Origin: Antedon mediterranea
Lineage: Eukaryota > Animalia > Echinodermata
NCBI RefSeq assembly: GCF_964355755.1
Contig: NC_092673.1
Span: 22,379,648-22,443,647, forward strand
Direction of reading: 5' to 3'
Length of the DNA stretch: 64,000 nt
A program made the position numbers and the translations under genes. Numbering within the stretch: the stretch's first letter is position 1; every line of letters starts with the position of its first letter. This document shows, in pieces, positions 27,723-40,800 of this stretch. The notes under the pieces were generated by a model that was not told the origin of the DNA, made no database searches, and was given only the letters and a program-made list of their open reading frames with translations.

Positions 27723-29461
27723 TAGATATTGCCTATACTGTATCCTAAAAAATGAATGCTTAGTATATAAATATACTTGACACGGTGGACTTTGAAACGA
27801 AAACTAAATACGGTAATTGAGGAAATCCAAGTGAAACAAGGTACAGTCACAAGCATACCACATGCAATTACTAAAGCCTTGGTATTATGAGCACTTGTAC
27901 GTACGAATTACGTAAATGATTTCACTTATACGCGCTACCAAAAATATAGCTAGTGATTGATTATTGGATAAATATATTATTGATTTAATCGATCGATTAA
28001 TTGATTGTCATTTATGTATATACGTTTTGACTCCTTTTTTCTGGTTGAACTATAACCTTAAAGCCCTATTGTTTGTAGGGTTATTTAAGTTTTTCTGGCA
28101 TAAGTGCATTATACTCTTATTTTTGTGTTATAACATAATGGTGTATCTGAAAATAAATTGAATTTAAATTGAATTGATTGTTGTTGTATGTTGTTGAATT
28201 TAAGACCATCTATTCAATCAATCAATAAACCTTGTAGACTAGGCTATGAATGAGGTAGGTGCCACCCGGAGAGGTAGAAATTCTCATATGACTTTTCTAG
28301 ACCAGTTTTTTTCTGGGGAATCCAAATATATTGGGTAAACGGGCTGTAACCTGAGAACTTTCGCGTGAGGGCGCTTTTTTCAAAATGGCTGCCAGTTACA
28401 GTAGACTATGATATCTTGGCAACCACTGGTCATAGAGAGGTGATTTTGGTGTCAAATTATTCGGAATGTACATGTTCCTATTTGATGTAATAGAACATTT
28501 TGTCAGAAAATGGCCGGAAATACCTCTATTGACCTTTGACCCAATATCTAACAGATATCATATCTCCGTAACTACTCGACACAGAAAGTTGTAATTGGTG
28601 TCAAACTCTCCAGAATATAGATGTTTATATTCAGACTAATAGAACATTATCTGTAAAAATGACCGGAAATAACGTTACTGACCTTTGACCCAAAATGCAA
28701 GACATTTCTCCCATCTGATCACGTTAATCTTGTCAATTAATTCATTTTGTGCCAATTGGAGGTTGACATTCTCATATTATTTTCTGGACCAGTTTTTCAT
28801 GTGCAATCCGAATATATGAGATAAATAAGCCATAACAAGGCCAAGAATTTAATTCTTTTACTACATACATGCTTCCCTTTAGTGTTTCAGACTGTATGTC
28901 GTGTATTAATCTTCAAGATCGCTCACATCACTGCAATCTGAAAAGTCTTCATATTCATTATGTGTAAACAGTTCCTGGACATCAGTGGGAATCACTGTCT
29001 CAATCCATTTAGGCTCCATTTGTTCGTTCCATCCATTGTGTGTACTGTTGTTGACAAAATCATTGACGTCTGCTGATTGCCATTCTTTAGTAATGAAGTG
29101 TGCTCTAAGTATATGAAACTCAAGGGTCTGCTGACATAGTGGCAGTAATTATATATCTGTAATCTGGTTGTGTCTGGAAAACTTTCTGTTGAAGATATCA
29201 TATCTTGCTTGATTTACACTTTTCCCCTTCACTCCATACAATAGTGAAACATACTCTTCAAATTCCTCATACAACTCTTTTGATGGAACATCTGACACTC
29301 CAAGGTTGCAGAATGTGTCAACAAATTTTGCTTTTGATTCCAGAAGCTTCCAGCAGGTACGTTTTCCTTTCCGAAAGAAAGCGGAGTTATAATCGTTACC
29401 TGTGAAAGCATGGAATCCAATAAGGGATGATTTCTGCGCTTTTGTTTCAAAATGTCAAAGT

Positions 29462-30348
29462 TCTGGAGACTTTGACATTCCAGTCATTTCACTATCTCAT
29501 TTCATAGGGTGATGGGCAGAGGGTAATTATTGATACAAACACTGGGAAATACCGAAATGTACTGAAATTGAGTGACATTGATTTAACAAAAGTGCAGAAA
29601 TCATCCCTTATTGGATTCCATGCTTTCACAGGTAACGAGTATAACTCCGCTTTCGTTCGGAAAGGAAAACGTACCTGCTGGAAGCTTCTGGAATCAAAAG
29701 CAAAATGTGTTGACACATTCTGCAACCTTGGAGTGTCAGATGTTCCATCAAAAGAGTTGTATGAGGAACTTGAAGAGTATGTTTCACCATTGTATGGAGT
29801 GAAGGGGAAAAGTGTAAATCAAGCAAGATATGATATCTTCAACAGAAAGTTTTCCAGACACAACAAGATTACAGATATATAATTACTGCCACTATGTCAG
29901 CAGACCCTTGAGTTTCATATACTTAGAGCAAACTTCATTACTAAAGAATGGCAATCAGCAGACGTCAATGATTTTGTCAACAACAGTACACACAATGGAT
30001 GGAACGAACAAATGGAGCCTAAATGGATTGAGACAGTGATGCCCACTGATGTCCAGGAACTGTTTACACATAAAGCCTGGTTTCCATTAAAATCGCTACA
30101 CGCGCAGATGTCGCCGACGCAATCGGGAAGGCTCCCCGATTCATCGCAGTCAAATCGGCAAAGTTCAACCATGTTCAACTTTGCCGATTTTGTCGGCGAT
30201 GAATCGTATACGCGTACTAGATCCCCGATAAACTCTAGCGTTTCCATAGAATCGCTACGCTCTGTCGTGTAGCGATTTTATGGAAACCAGGCTTTATGAA
30301 TATGAAGACTTTTCAGATTGCAGTGATGTGAGCGATCTTGAAGATTAA
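29462..30348 (+). pseudogene. Academ-type transposase C-terminal (XPG-like) fragment
   Basis: SGDFDIPVI...RVIIDTNTGKYR...SLIGFHAFTGNEYNSAFVRKGKRTCWK...VNQARYDIF...LLPLCQQTLEFHILRANF...W, ending in an acidic tail. Contains a frameshift, a stop at 29880 and a MITE insertion. Confidence 0.78.
30074..30293. mobile_element. 220-bp Harbinger-like MITE inserted in the right arm of the Academ palindrome
   Basis: TIR AGCCTGGTTTCCAT..AAAATCGCTACACG. Absent from the twin left arm. Flanks TAA/TTA. Confidence 0.9.
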
Positions 30349-31454
30349 TACACGACATACAGACTGAAACACTAAAGGGAAGCATGTATGTAATAAAAGA
30401 ATTAAATTCTTGGCCTTGTTATGGCTTATTTATCTCATATTACTCGGATTGCACATGAAAAACTGGTCAAGAAAATAATATGAGAATGTCAACCTCCAAT
30501 TGGCACAAAATGAATTAATTGACAGGATTAACGTGATCATTTTTACAGATAATGTTCTATTAGTTTGAATATAAACATCTATATTCTGGAGAGTTTGACA
30601 CCAATTACAACTTTCTGTGTCCAGTAGTTACGGAGATATGATATCTGTTAGATATTGGGTCAAAGGTCAATAGAGGTATTTCCGGCAATTTTCTGACAAA
30701 ATTTTCTATTACATCAAATAGGAACATGTACATTCCAAACAATTTGACACCAAAATCAACTCTCTATGACCAGTGGTTACCAAGATATCATAGTCTACTG
30801 TAACTGGCAGCCATTTTGAAAAAAGCGCCCTCACGCGAAAGTTCTCAGGTTACAGCCCGTTTACCCAATATATTTGGATTCCCCAGAAAAAACTGGTCTA
30901 GAAAAGTTATATGAGAATTTCTACCTCTCCGGGTGGCACCTACCTCATTCATAGCCTAATCTATTGATTATTCAATCGGTCGGCCAATACCAAACGCAAT
31001 TGGTATGCATGTGGGTGGGAAACGGAAGATTACCAAAAAGAATTAGAATGGGACTGAAAAATCACTAAGATAAAACAGTGACCGAGTCAGCATAATTCAC
31101 ATTAAACAATTTATTAGAAAATAAGGAACCAACCCGCAATATCTATAATGCCACCATTATCTTTATAATGTTTATACGGTATTTCGCAATATATTATTTC
31201 ATTATTAAACTAGGTCGGTTTAAAAATAAACATTATTCATTATTTATGCTCGCCTTGGGCAACGTCATCGATCCTCGTATTGTGTTCATTATTTTGTTTG
31301 TTGTTTATTTCATATAGGCGTATTTTTCTACAGTCAGGCACAGGCCTATATTAGGCCTATATAAACCAATTGTAGTTTTTGGTAACTGTAAATTATTTAT
31401 ATGCGTTCGGTTTTTTTTTTGTAAAAAGAAATCATTGGCCCGTTACCGCTGTAA

Positions 31455-31614
31455 AGCTCTGACTACACTATCAAACTAGTTTGAAGAAAAAAAAGGATGT
31501 GCCCAAATATGGTAGTGATATACTCAAATATGGTAGTGATATGACATCATCATGTCCATATTATGGGCACATAACATTTGTTGTCACATAAAGTTTGATA
31601 GTGTAGACAGAGCT
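31455..31614. mobile_element. Harbinger-like MITE, AGCTCTGTCTACACTATCAAA family
   Basis: TIR plus internal CAAATATGGTAGTGATAT repeats. Homologous to the copies at 47350, 57501 and 59246 and a fragment near 41405. Confidence 0.8.
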
Positions 31615-31680
31615 TCAGAGTCATGAAATTATGATATATGTGGACTTTTATTTTACATTTACCAACGTAGACCCATACTT

Positions 31681-32511
31681 AACAAGGCCAACAGCCATTA
31701 AGTCGCGTGCTACAATGCATAGTGATACCGGACCGACAGACAAACAGACCTACAGACAGACAGACCGACAGACAGACGGACCGACCGACATAGTGAACTA
31801 TACTGACCGAAATTACTGAACATGTTTAAAAATGTTGAAATGTTTAAAAACATTTATATTTTTTTAATTTACACGTGCGTAGCCTGTCACTTTTGACGTG
31901 CTCGTATAACGTAATTTCGAGTTGAAAAGTAAGTCAAGAAAACAGAAATCAGGCAAGAAGAATGCGCAATAACATTTAACGCGCAGTGCGCGCGCAAAAA
32001 TCTGCGCACTCATGGCAATTTTGTAAACGCTTAAAATTGCCTGAAAGGTACTCTTATTTCATCGAAAATAAATTTTGAAAATTTTAAGCGCGCTTACGCA
32101 TGCGTTACATGCGCTACGCACGTAATTGTATTGCCATATGATGATTTATGCCCTGAAATTTATGAGTACCAAATTTTATTTAATTGTGATTCATGGTTGT
32201 TAAGATATGATTACAAACGTGATTTCGTTAAATCGTGCGTAGACCACGTAATTTTTTATTGCGCACCGTGAAAACATAACCACATCGATTCCTGGCCATA
32301 AGGAATATTCTGTGAAAAATTGACTTAGCTAGATTAAACTGATATCAAGATAAGGTCATAAAGCGATAAAACGCATAGTGATACCGGACCGACAGACAGA
32401 CAGACAGACAGACCGACAGACAGACCGACAGACAGACCGACAGACAGACAGACCGACCGACCGACCGACCGACATAGTGAACTATAGAGTCGCTTCCACG
32501 CGACTAAAAAA
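31681..32511 (-). mobile_element. Helentron-associated non-autonomous element (HINE/DINE-1-like) with (GACA/GACC)n microsatellites, partly duplicated
   Basis: Subterminal inverted AGTCGCGTG / CACGCGACT motifs and a hairpin AGTCGCttccacGCGACT next to an A run. Two GACAGACC microsatellite blocks share the flanks GCATAGTGATACCG and GACATAGTGAACTATA. Confidence 0.65.
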
Positions 32512-35500
32512 CACCAAAGCAATGGATTCTTTTTGTTCTATTCAATTTGCCCGTGCGTTTATGATATAGTTATGATACCATTTTTAAAAGCGTATTTATG
32601 CCCGATTTCTATAGAAAACGCTCTGTAATATTTGGGCATTCTACTGCCGCATATAGGCCTAAGAGCGCTAAACAATGTACCGTAGTTCAGTTAAAATCGA
32701 AATATTGAAAGTCGTATGAAATGAGGTAGGCCTATTATCGAAACTAGTTTCCCCGTTGTCTCATTAGGTTATATAGGTATAGGCACACAATTCGATAAAT
32801 TCTGTATCACCTAAATAATATAATCGTCATCGATTTATTAGTTTGTCTAACCTACCAATGTCTTGTTTTGGTTTCTGTGATACAGTGTTATGTTGTTCTC
32901 TATTAGTTGTCACTGTCCCCTATAAAACATGAAAAACAAAGATGAATAAGATCAATTTTGAATAGGCCATTGTGTAGTTTTAACATTGTCACGTTGTGAC
33001 GAAAAAATTTACCAAAATAATTAAAAAGACAAAGTAAACAGTTAAATCTAACCAAAAACCTGTTGACTTCCAGAAAATGGATTTTTTTTTACTTCAATTT
33101 CAATTTTATCATGTAATTTTTTTTTGCGATCCAATTGTTTTTGTGTAAAAGTGAATAACAATTATGTGAAGATGACCTATTTAGCATAATTTTAAATTGT
33201 CTATAACAGATTTATTGTTATTTGTTTAGTTAAAAGAAACCGTAAACAACAGTAGATGCATACGAGAAGTCCGGAAATGTTCAGTAAAATCAGGGAGCTG
33301 TAAACTTACCGTACAACCCCCTGTAAAAATTGGAGGAACATTTTAATCTTGTGAGCCTAGGCCTACAGGGTTTCAGGGAACGGGAGAGTCCCAATTTTAT
33401 TACCTTCTGGAAACGATCACAGCCTATTTCAATTGAAAAAAAAAGAAAGTTTTAATTTTCCGACTTGTCAACCTCCTCCCCGAGTTTACCTTTACTTTCG
33501 GTGAAGGGCAACGACCTAGACACTAACCCTTCTTACTATGTAGGTTACGTCTCTGAGTCACACTTGCCCTCGGAAGAAGCTGGGCCTTGTCTATTAAGAT
33601 TCAGCCCTGCATTACTGCCAAGTATTTTGTTATTATTATTAACGCTTCCTTATTGTCAATCCTCCATCGGTTCTTACTTATTTCCTCAACGCGTACTCAT
33701 TTATTGCGTAATGACGTCATCGACTCTTTAACATTTATCGTGGCGCAGGTTACAGTCATTTTTGTGTAAATAGGCTATTAATTGTGGATATCATTAGTCT
33801 GTGAGTTTGGATAATTTCAACAATTATATTCAAATAATGTCTGATTAAATTTCATATGGGCAGTTATCATTAATTGTTAAGATTTGTTGATCAACCCCAT
33901 TTGCTCAGTATGAATTGAGCTGCTTCAGTTCGACGGCATATCTTTCCGTCAAACATTACAAATACAAAAGCGCATTGAACAAAAGCTTCATTCAAATTTA
34001 ATACAGAGGTTTATTGCATTTTACAGATAGATAAATAGTATTTTACAGAGTAAGTGTGGTCATTACATTCATTTTGTAAATATACGAATAATAAATTGAA
34101 CAAATTAAACTGCTGTTGTCTGATAATAAACATTTATATTAGGTCTATGAATTTTCCTCCACTTATTATATTATTCTTTAAGTAATATTTGTTTATGCCT
34201 CAAATGACTGGTTTTGATATTTATGTCTAAATATAGGCCTTAAACGATATTCTTCTTCGATGTTAGTGTTTATTTTGTCTAACCAGATGATTTTGTGTTT
34301 ATTCTTAATAATTGAAAGGATTACAACTGGTTTTAAATCTTATTTCTTCCAAAATCAGGAAAGAAATTAATAAAAGACTTTTTCTAAATTAAAGCTATTG
34401 GGAATAATATTAAATGTTTTAGAAATATCGAAATTACAATAATGACACTGCCAAGGTTTTATAATTTCATTCCCTATCTCCTCTATATAAAAGACTCTGT
34501 CCATCACATTATCGTTCTTGTTTCCAATATTGTTCCATAAAAGGCTGCCAGTGATGGACAGAAACTCGCAATAATACATTGTGGTAATTTAAAAAGAACA
34601 AAATGTATATTTGAATAAATCTGAGAGTCGGTAGTGCCACTGATTACGGACGCAATATGTAGTATTGCAGTATTGTACTCTATAAAGCAAACTCATAGTA
34701 CTAGTTTCATCAGCTTTTTTGTTAACATACGGTAACCAACAAAAATGACACAAACATTTTTTGCCTAGCTGTGAATTAGGAAGTCGAGGTATACGCCCTA
34801 ATTAGCCTACTAGGAAAATGAGATTAATTTGATGGGAATTTGTTCAGTATTTTATAAGTTGAAGCAACAAACGGCCCTGGAATTTTACAAGTAAGCACCT
34901 GAATGTCTTATCTAAATCCCTTTGTGATTAAAAGAAACTGTCATATAGCTCCTGGCGATTAATTGTTTAGCACACAAGCGGTATACTAATTATACTGTGA
35001 CATGTTTAGATAATTCTTCGAGTTTAATCGCTGCAATTATTATGGATAAATCCGGTTTAGCGCCATTTTGACCTCGAAAGATACTATCTTTTAACAAGGT
35101 TAGTGAGTCTTAAGGTCAGCTTAAATATCAGGGAGAAGCAGCACCAATTTGCCCTATGAAACGGATACTGTAGTCAGAGGTTTTGTAGCACGTGCAATAA
35201 CGCGTCATCAAGGTACAAATGCGATATGCGCACGCGCGCAGGACTAGAAAAGCTCTAGAATGATTGTTTCTCAATGTTTTTATGAAAAGAAATTTTTAAG
35301 GAACAATATCTGTGCCTCTAAAGGACTACCTTAGGCCTAGGTCTGCTGCAGAGAGTGCCAAATATAATTAAAATATATTTTGATACTAATTATTAAAGAT
35401 AACAATTAAATCAAGAAAATCAGTCAACGGAGGATTGCTGGGTGTATTAATAAGTATGTGTTACCAAAGTGTCAACTTGATCAAAGATTGTATAATACGA

Positions 35501-36130
35501 TCTTTGAGTCTGGTGGTGCATCTGAAATTTGAATCTGCCAGCTAAGTCCATCCAGTTTACAATTACTTTTTTAAAGAGTGATTAATTGTACAATTTTGTT
35601 ACTTTACTTTCAATGTCTAATCATGGATGTAGGCTTATTGAGTGTGTTTTGAAATAAACTGGGTTTAGCATAGTGTTTTTGCATTAATTTTGATCGACAA
35701 CTTTGTTTGTATTTTTTCACTACTTGTTTTTAAACGTCAACATGAACGTTTGTATGCCTACAGTAGACCATGCAGTAACATTACATAATGAGGTTTCACA
35801 GACTCTACTTTAGTTATCAACTATGGAGGATCATATACTATTTTTAAGGTAGTGCTTTGATATGCTTGATAGCCAATAGGTGTGGTTGGTAAGATGCGAT
35901 TGTTTGTGATGTCAAGGGCACTGCACGTAGGCCAGTTTATCACATCGATTGAAAATGTATGCCTTGAACTTGAAATAGATAATGATAGGAAATAGAATGA
36001 ACCACAATATGATAAAATATGATAAGGATGCACAGTGTTGAAATTCCATAATAGATTTGGTGTTTAGATAATAAAAATATAGCCTATGTTAAAATGATAC
36101 GATAGAGACTGCCTAAATTGCATCATTCTA

Positions 36131-36380
36131 AAGCCTGGTCCCCATAAGAACGCAAAGACTAAGCTCACAACGAAAGTGTAATGTTATATAAGTTATTAGT
36201 AAGTTTATTAACTATGGACTATGTCGCAAACGATAGTAGTTGGATGATCTTGCTTGTGATTGGTCAAACTTGTGTTACTTTTGTACGGCACATCATTGCG
36301 TTGTGTAACGTAAGCGATTGACCAATACTGCGATGGATCATTCGAACTGTCGCTTGTCATTGGTCAACTCGCTTTTGTTC
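36131..36380. mobile_element. Degenerate Harbinger-like MITE related to the 49413 copy
   Basis: TAA-AGCCTGGTCCCCAT left end and GCTTGTGATTGG/CATTGGTCAAC motifs. The right TIR is not recognisable. Confidence 0.4.
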
Positions 36381-37898
36381 TGAGAGATCTCAATAAAAAG
36401 GAGAAAAAAAATGTATTTCTATATATATATACACGTGTGAATGTACTGTTATTAAATATATATACAAATATATAAACTGAAAGACACACAAATTATGATA
36501 AATAAACGTTTCATAAGTAAACAAATTTGTTATTAAATATGCAATATATTTTGTAATAGATAACATAACAAAATATGCAGAAAATAATGTAAATATATTA
36601 TGAGATTCTGTAATTGTTGTTTATGTAACATTGAATGAATAAAGGTGGTAGTAAACCACAAAAAATATAAAAAAAAGGAGAAAAAAATATAACAGGGTGG
36701 GGTGAAGAAATATTCAAAAGAGAAAACAAATACGCAGTAATCATCAGTGAAGAATTATTTACATTTAAACAAACGAATTGGATTAGACATAACTGTTTAT
36801 TATTTAGCCTAAATGTTACATAAAGTATGTTACAAACATAAACACAGGCTGCTGGTGCAATGGCAATGTACTTTTGCAAATACAGTAAATGTATCATGTG
36901 ATCTGCTGTCCTTTTCTTGAACTCAATGGGGGTTCACACAGAGGTTCTGTCAAGGTTAACTATCATGTATACATGTATAAACGTTATTGCATTATCAGTT
37001 AGTATCAGATGATACTACAAGTATAGATAGGGCTTATATATGTTGATGTTTAATTAAGTGGGCCTAGATAAAAGTCAGTTTTCTGGTGTTGCATAGGTCG
37101 TATATAACACGTTGTCTACGTGATGTATTAAACGTTGTTAAAATGAATAAGTTAATGATTGCGATATGATTTTAGTATACTGTATAAGTAAATGCTGTAA
37201 ACCGTAAACAAATCATTGATATATAAATGGTAAAACACTAATTCATCATCTAGACCATAGTTTTTAAATTGCTTGCGCTTGCAGCTTCTGTATACTTTGA
37301 CTTTAACTTTAACCAAATCAAGTGCTGCTATATTAAGACGTCTGTATGGATGTATTTAAATTAGGTTATTGTTGACTTGGGTAGTCTCTCCATGGGTTTT
37401 TTTCCTCCATGGTCTCCCATGCCCACCCATTCAAAGGCGTGCGGACTATTAGTACAATAATATTACTTTTAACTTTATTAAACTCCGGCCGCCCAGCCCG
37501 AGCGCGCTCTCTCTAGCCGATTGATCTGTGTGAAACGTAGGCCTATTATTATAAGCTAGCTTATAACAAAGCCAAGAATATAAACAAGAAATATTTATGT
37601 TATCACTTGTTTAGATTTTTTTTAAATGCAAAAACCTAGACCTACAAAATTACTATTAGTATACAGTAACTGTCAGAAAAAAGTTATTGAACTATAGAGG
37701 GAGATATACTTTAAATCCTAATGCCCAATTTTATCATATAATAATATTCGTCTATCATTGGTAATTTTAATAACGAAGATAGCAATTATATACAATATTG
37801 TACTCATTATGATAAAAACATCGAGGTGCAATGTACCTCTATTTGGCATAACATAAATCCCAACAATCGTCTCAACCCAAAAAATAACTAAACCTAAC

Positions 37899-40800
37899 CA
37901 AAGATAGTGTACACTAATAGACAGGCAGCCCATAGACATTTGTTTAGATGAGCTAGGTACCAATATCTGACTATTTAAGTGTTTTGGGAGTCACTTGAAG
38001 TCAATGAAAATGGGAGTCTGCCGGGTACCCCCTGCTGCGTCTAGACCGGGGGGACCCCGAAACGTGCTAAAAAATCGACTCAGGTTAGATGAGAGAGATA
38101 CCACTTAATTTTACCACCATGGGATGCCCATTGGCATCCTTATACCAGTATCACAAACGACAGACTTTTTTTCTGCTGCAAAAGGCCCGCCAGACCCTCC
38201 CCCCCCCCACCCAGGGAGGGCCTAAAATGGGGTTAGCATAGATGAGTGAGGTACCACTCAAAATTAATGCCAAATGAACAAGTTGTGTTCATACAATACT
38301 AAATGGATAACAACAGACTAATTGTCTGCTGCACCGCAAGTGCCAGACACCCTAAAGTTAGACTAGAGACCCCCCCTTCCCCCAACTAGCCCAGCTTAGA
38401 TATTGTAGATACCACCAACAACCAGTGTTATATGATTTAGCACATTGTAAACAATACCAAATGACCTATTACAGACTATCTGTACACTGCCTTGGCCCTG
38501 GCAGACCCCTCTAAAGTTAGACTGGAGACCCCATTTACCCCAAGTATAGCCTACCTTAGATATTGTAGATACCACCAGCAGCAAAAAAAAAACACCCAAA
38601 ACAACATGTTTAATTGAATAAAGTTTAACTTTAATCGAACTAACTTAACACAAAACAATTGAAAATATATCACATCAATGACGATAAAATGACCATTACC
38701 ATTCTAAAGGGAAAAATAGTTTAAGAGTTTCATTTAAAACTTATATAAGCCATGTTATATAACAAGTACGGATTTGGGTAAATTTAGCATTCCTAGCCTT
38801 TGGATGTCAAAGATACATTTGTCTGTAACTCTTGGACCTACTTTAAGAGAAAGCTTAGTAATCACCTTAATCAAATTCAGGATTGTAGTAACTTAATCTA
38901 AAGTGATTTGATTAATTAATAGTGGGTAATTTTAAATGCTGTATATTATAATCTTAATCCTGTATTCATATTTATATATATATTTATATAGATGCGTTGA
39001 GGCTGCAAAAGTGCTCAATTGGAATCAAGAGCAAATATTTAAGATGGAACACGGACGTCTATACACTGTGTTTCACGTTAAACGATCTTCAGATAAGACT
39101 GAACAGTACCATATCTCGATAGAAAAAAATATTATTATTATAATAATTATAATTATAATTATATATTATATATATATATTTTTTTTGTATGTAGTTTATT
39201 TATGTAGATATGTAGTACTGTATCTATTAAAAAATGTACTTGAACAAAATTAGTATAATCTTTTACAAAAATGCTTGTCAACTCAATGAGATCCAAATTG
39301 GCAATTGCCGCAAAATCCTCACTGAGTTTGACGTTGAAATTCACTCTAGAACTAAGAAGTTAAAAAGAGAACTTCCTGCATCCGAGTTTCAAAACAAACT
39401 CAGGATTATTGCCAATGATTGCCGTAAGCAATCAATGGTAATGGCCTGAAGGGGACATCACAAATGTGGTCTACCTGCAGACTTAGTCATTTCAACACAA
39501 ATGACTCTACCTTCGGATGACTTCAGGGCTTTTAGGAAACCCTGCAGAAGGTTCGTTGGGACTTATAACAAGAATCAGGGCAACACCTCTGATTCAGTTG
39601 TTAAAATTAATTGTCGACTTTCTAAAGCAGAGAAAAAACGTCTTTCCCGAGGACTTAAATTCTGCCCCAAACCAAGGCAGGTCGGCGCACAACAACTATC
39701 TTTGGATATAGAGTCTTTCTCCAGAAGATTACGATTACGTGAATATTTTGCTGATTCAGACAGCAGCACCACGCAAAACGAAGGCGACGTTAACAAATTT
39801 AAACCAAATAGTTCCTGGAATCCACCTAAAAATCGTCCAGCTTTAGAAACATTTATCCAGGCTATAATGAGGAGGATGTACAAAACTACGTCCCGAGTCC
39901 AGATAGATAAACGTGACAATCTCTCAAAACAAGAGAGGCAGGCCATTGCCAAGTTGCGTCAGCGTAATGATATCATCATTAAACCCGCTGATAAAGGTTC
40001 TGCCATTGTTGCTATGGACATCAAATTTTATGAAGAGGAATCCTTAAGACAGCTAAACAATCCTCTTCATTATATATCGTAAACGGATCCCACCCCGGAA
40101 ATTACGGATAAGGTGGCCAAATCTGTTTCTGTGATGGTAAAAAAACACTCCATCGATCCTAAGATTGGACTTCATTTGGCACAGGTCAATCCAGTTCCAG
40201 GCAGATTTTATTTCCTACCTAAAATCCACAAAACAGGCAATCCTGGTAGACCCATTATTTTGGGCAATGGCACTGCTACAGAGACAATTTCTGAATATGG
40301 GGATGATTTACTTAGACCATATGTGACTAATCTCCCTTCATACATTCAGGACTCCACGAACTTTATCCGCAAAATTAACCAAATTCAAAATTAACATAAT
40401 AATTCTGTTCTGGCTACATTAGATGTTTCATCGTTGTATACTAATATCCCTCACGAAGAAGGAGCCGACGAAGTATTTAAAATTACAAAAAAATTACAGG
40501 CAAAACGCCTACTAAAGCTCATTTATGAGAACTGGTCATGTTGATTTTAACAACAAGAATTTTATTTTTGGAAATGACCATTACCTTCAAATTCATGGCA
40601 CAGCGATGGGCACAAAAATGGCGCCATCTTTTGCAAATTTATTTATGGGACAATTTGAGGCCAAATTTCTGTCCCTCCAACCTAATAAACCACTTTTTTG
40701 GTTTTATTTATTTATTCAAGATCTAACAGTGTAAAGAAAAAACAGGATTGCAATAAATAAAAAAATATATAGATACATTGACGACATCTTCATGATCTGG

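Larger units (their letters stand above)
28240..30958. mobile_element. Palindromic derivative of an Academ-type DNA transposon (two inverted 3' ends)
   Basis: Termini TAGGCTATGAATGAGGTAGGTGCCACCCGG are inverted. 28240-29446 is the reverse complement of 29585-30958 apart from indels. Both arms carry the transposase C-terminal fragment. Confidence 0.85.

Noticed and set aside
26890-27748. ORFs with repeated SKHFIQNISFKTF peptides
   Set aside because: Translation artefacts of the 14-bp satellite in the fold-back arms.
31631-32569. QTDR-repeat and LSVG-repeat ORFs
   Set aside because: Translations of the GACA/GACC microsatellite.
33300-33790. CpG-richer segment with a minus-strand GTAAGT donor (~33305) and a perfect CRE ATGACGTCAT (~33711), a possible distal NR6A first exon
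   Set aside because: Motif-level evidence only; cannot be distinguished from an enhancer or TE relic without transcript data.
37899-38786. Hammerhead ribozyme or pLTR interpretation of the inverted arms
   Set aside because: By eye I found no CTGAnGA...GAAA core and no endonuclease C-terminal coding sequence in the arms; a covariance-model scan is still needed.
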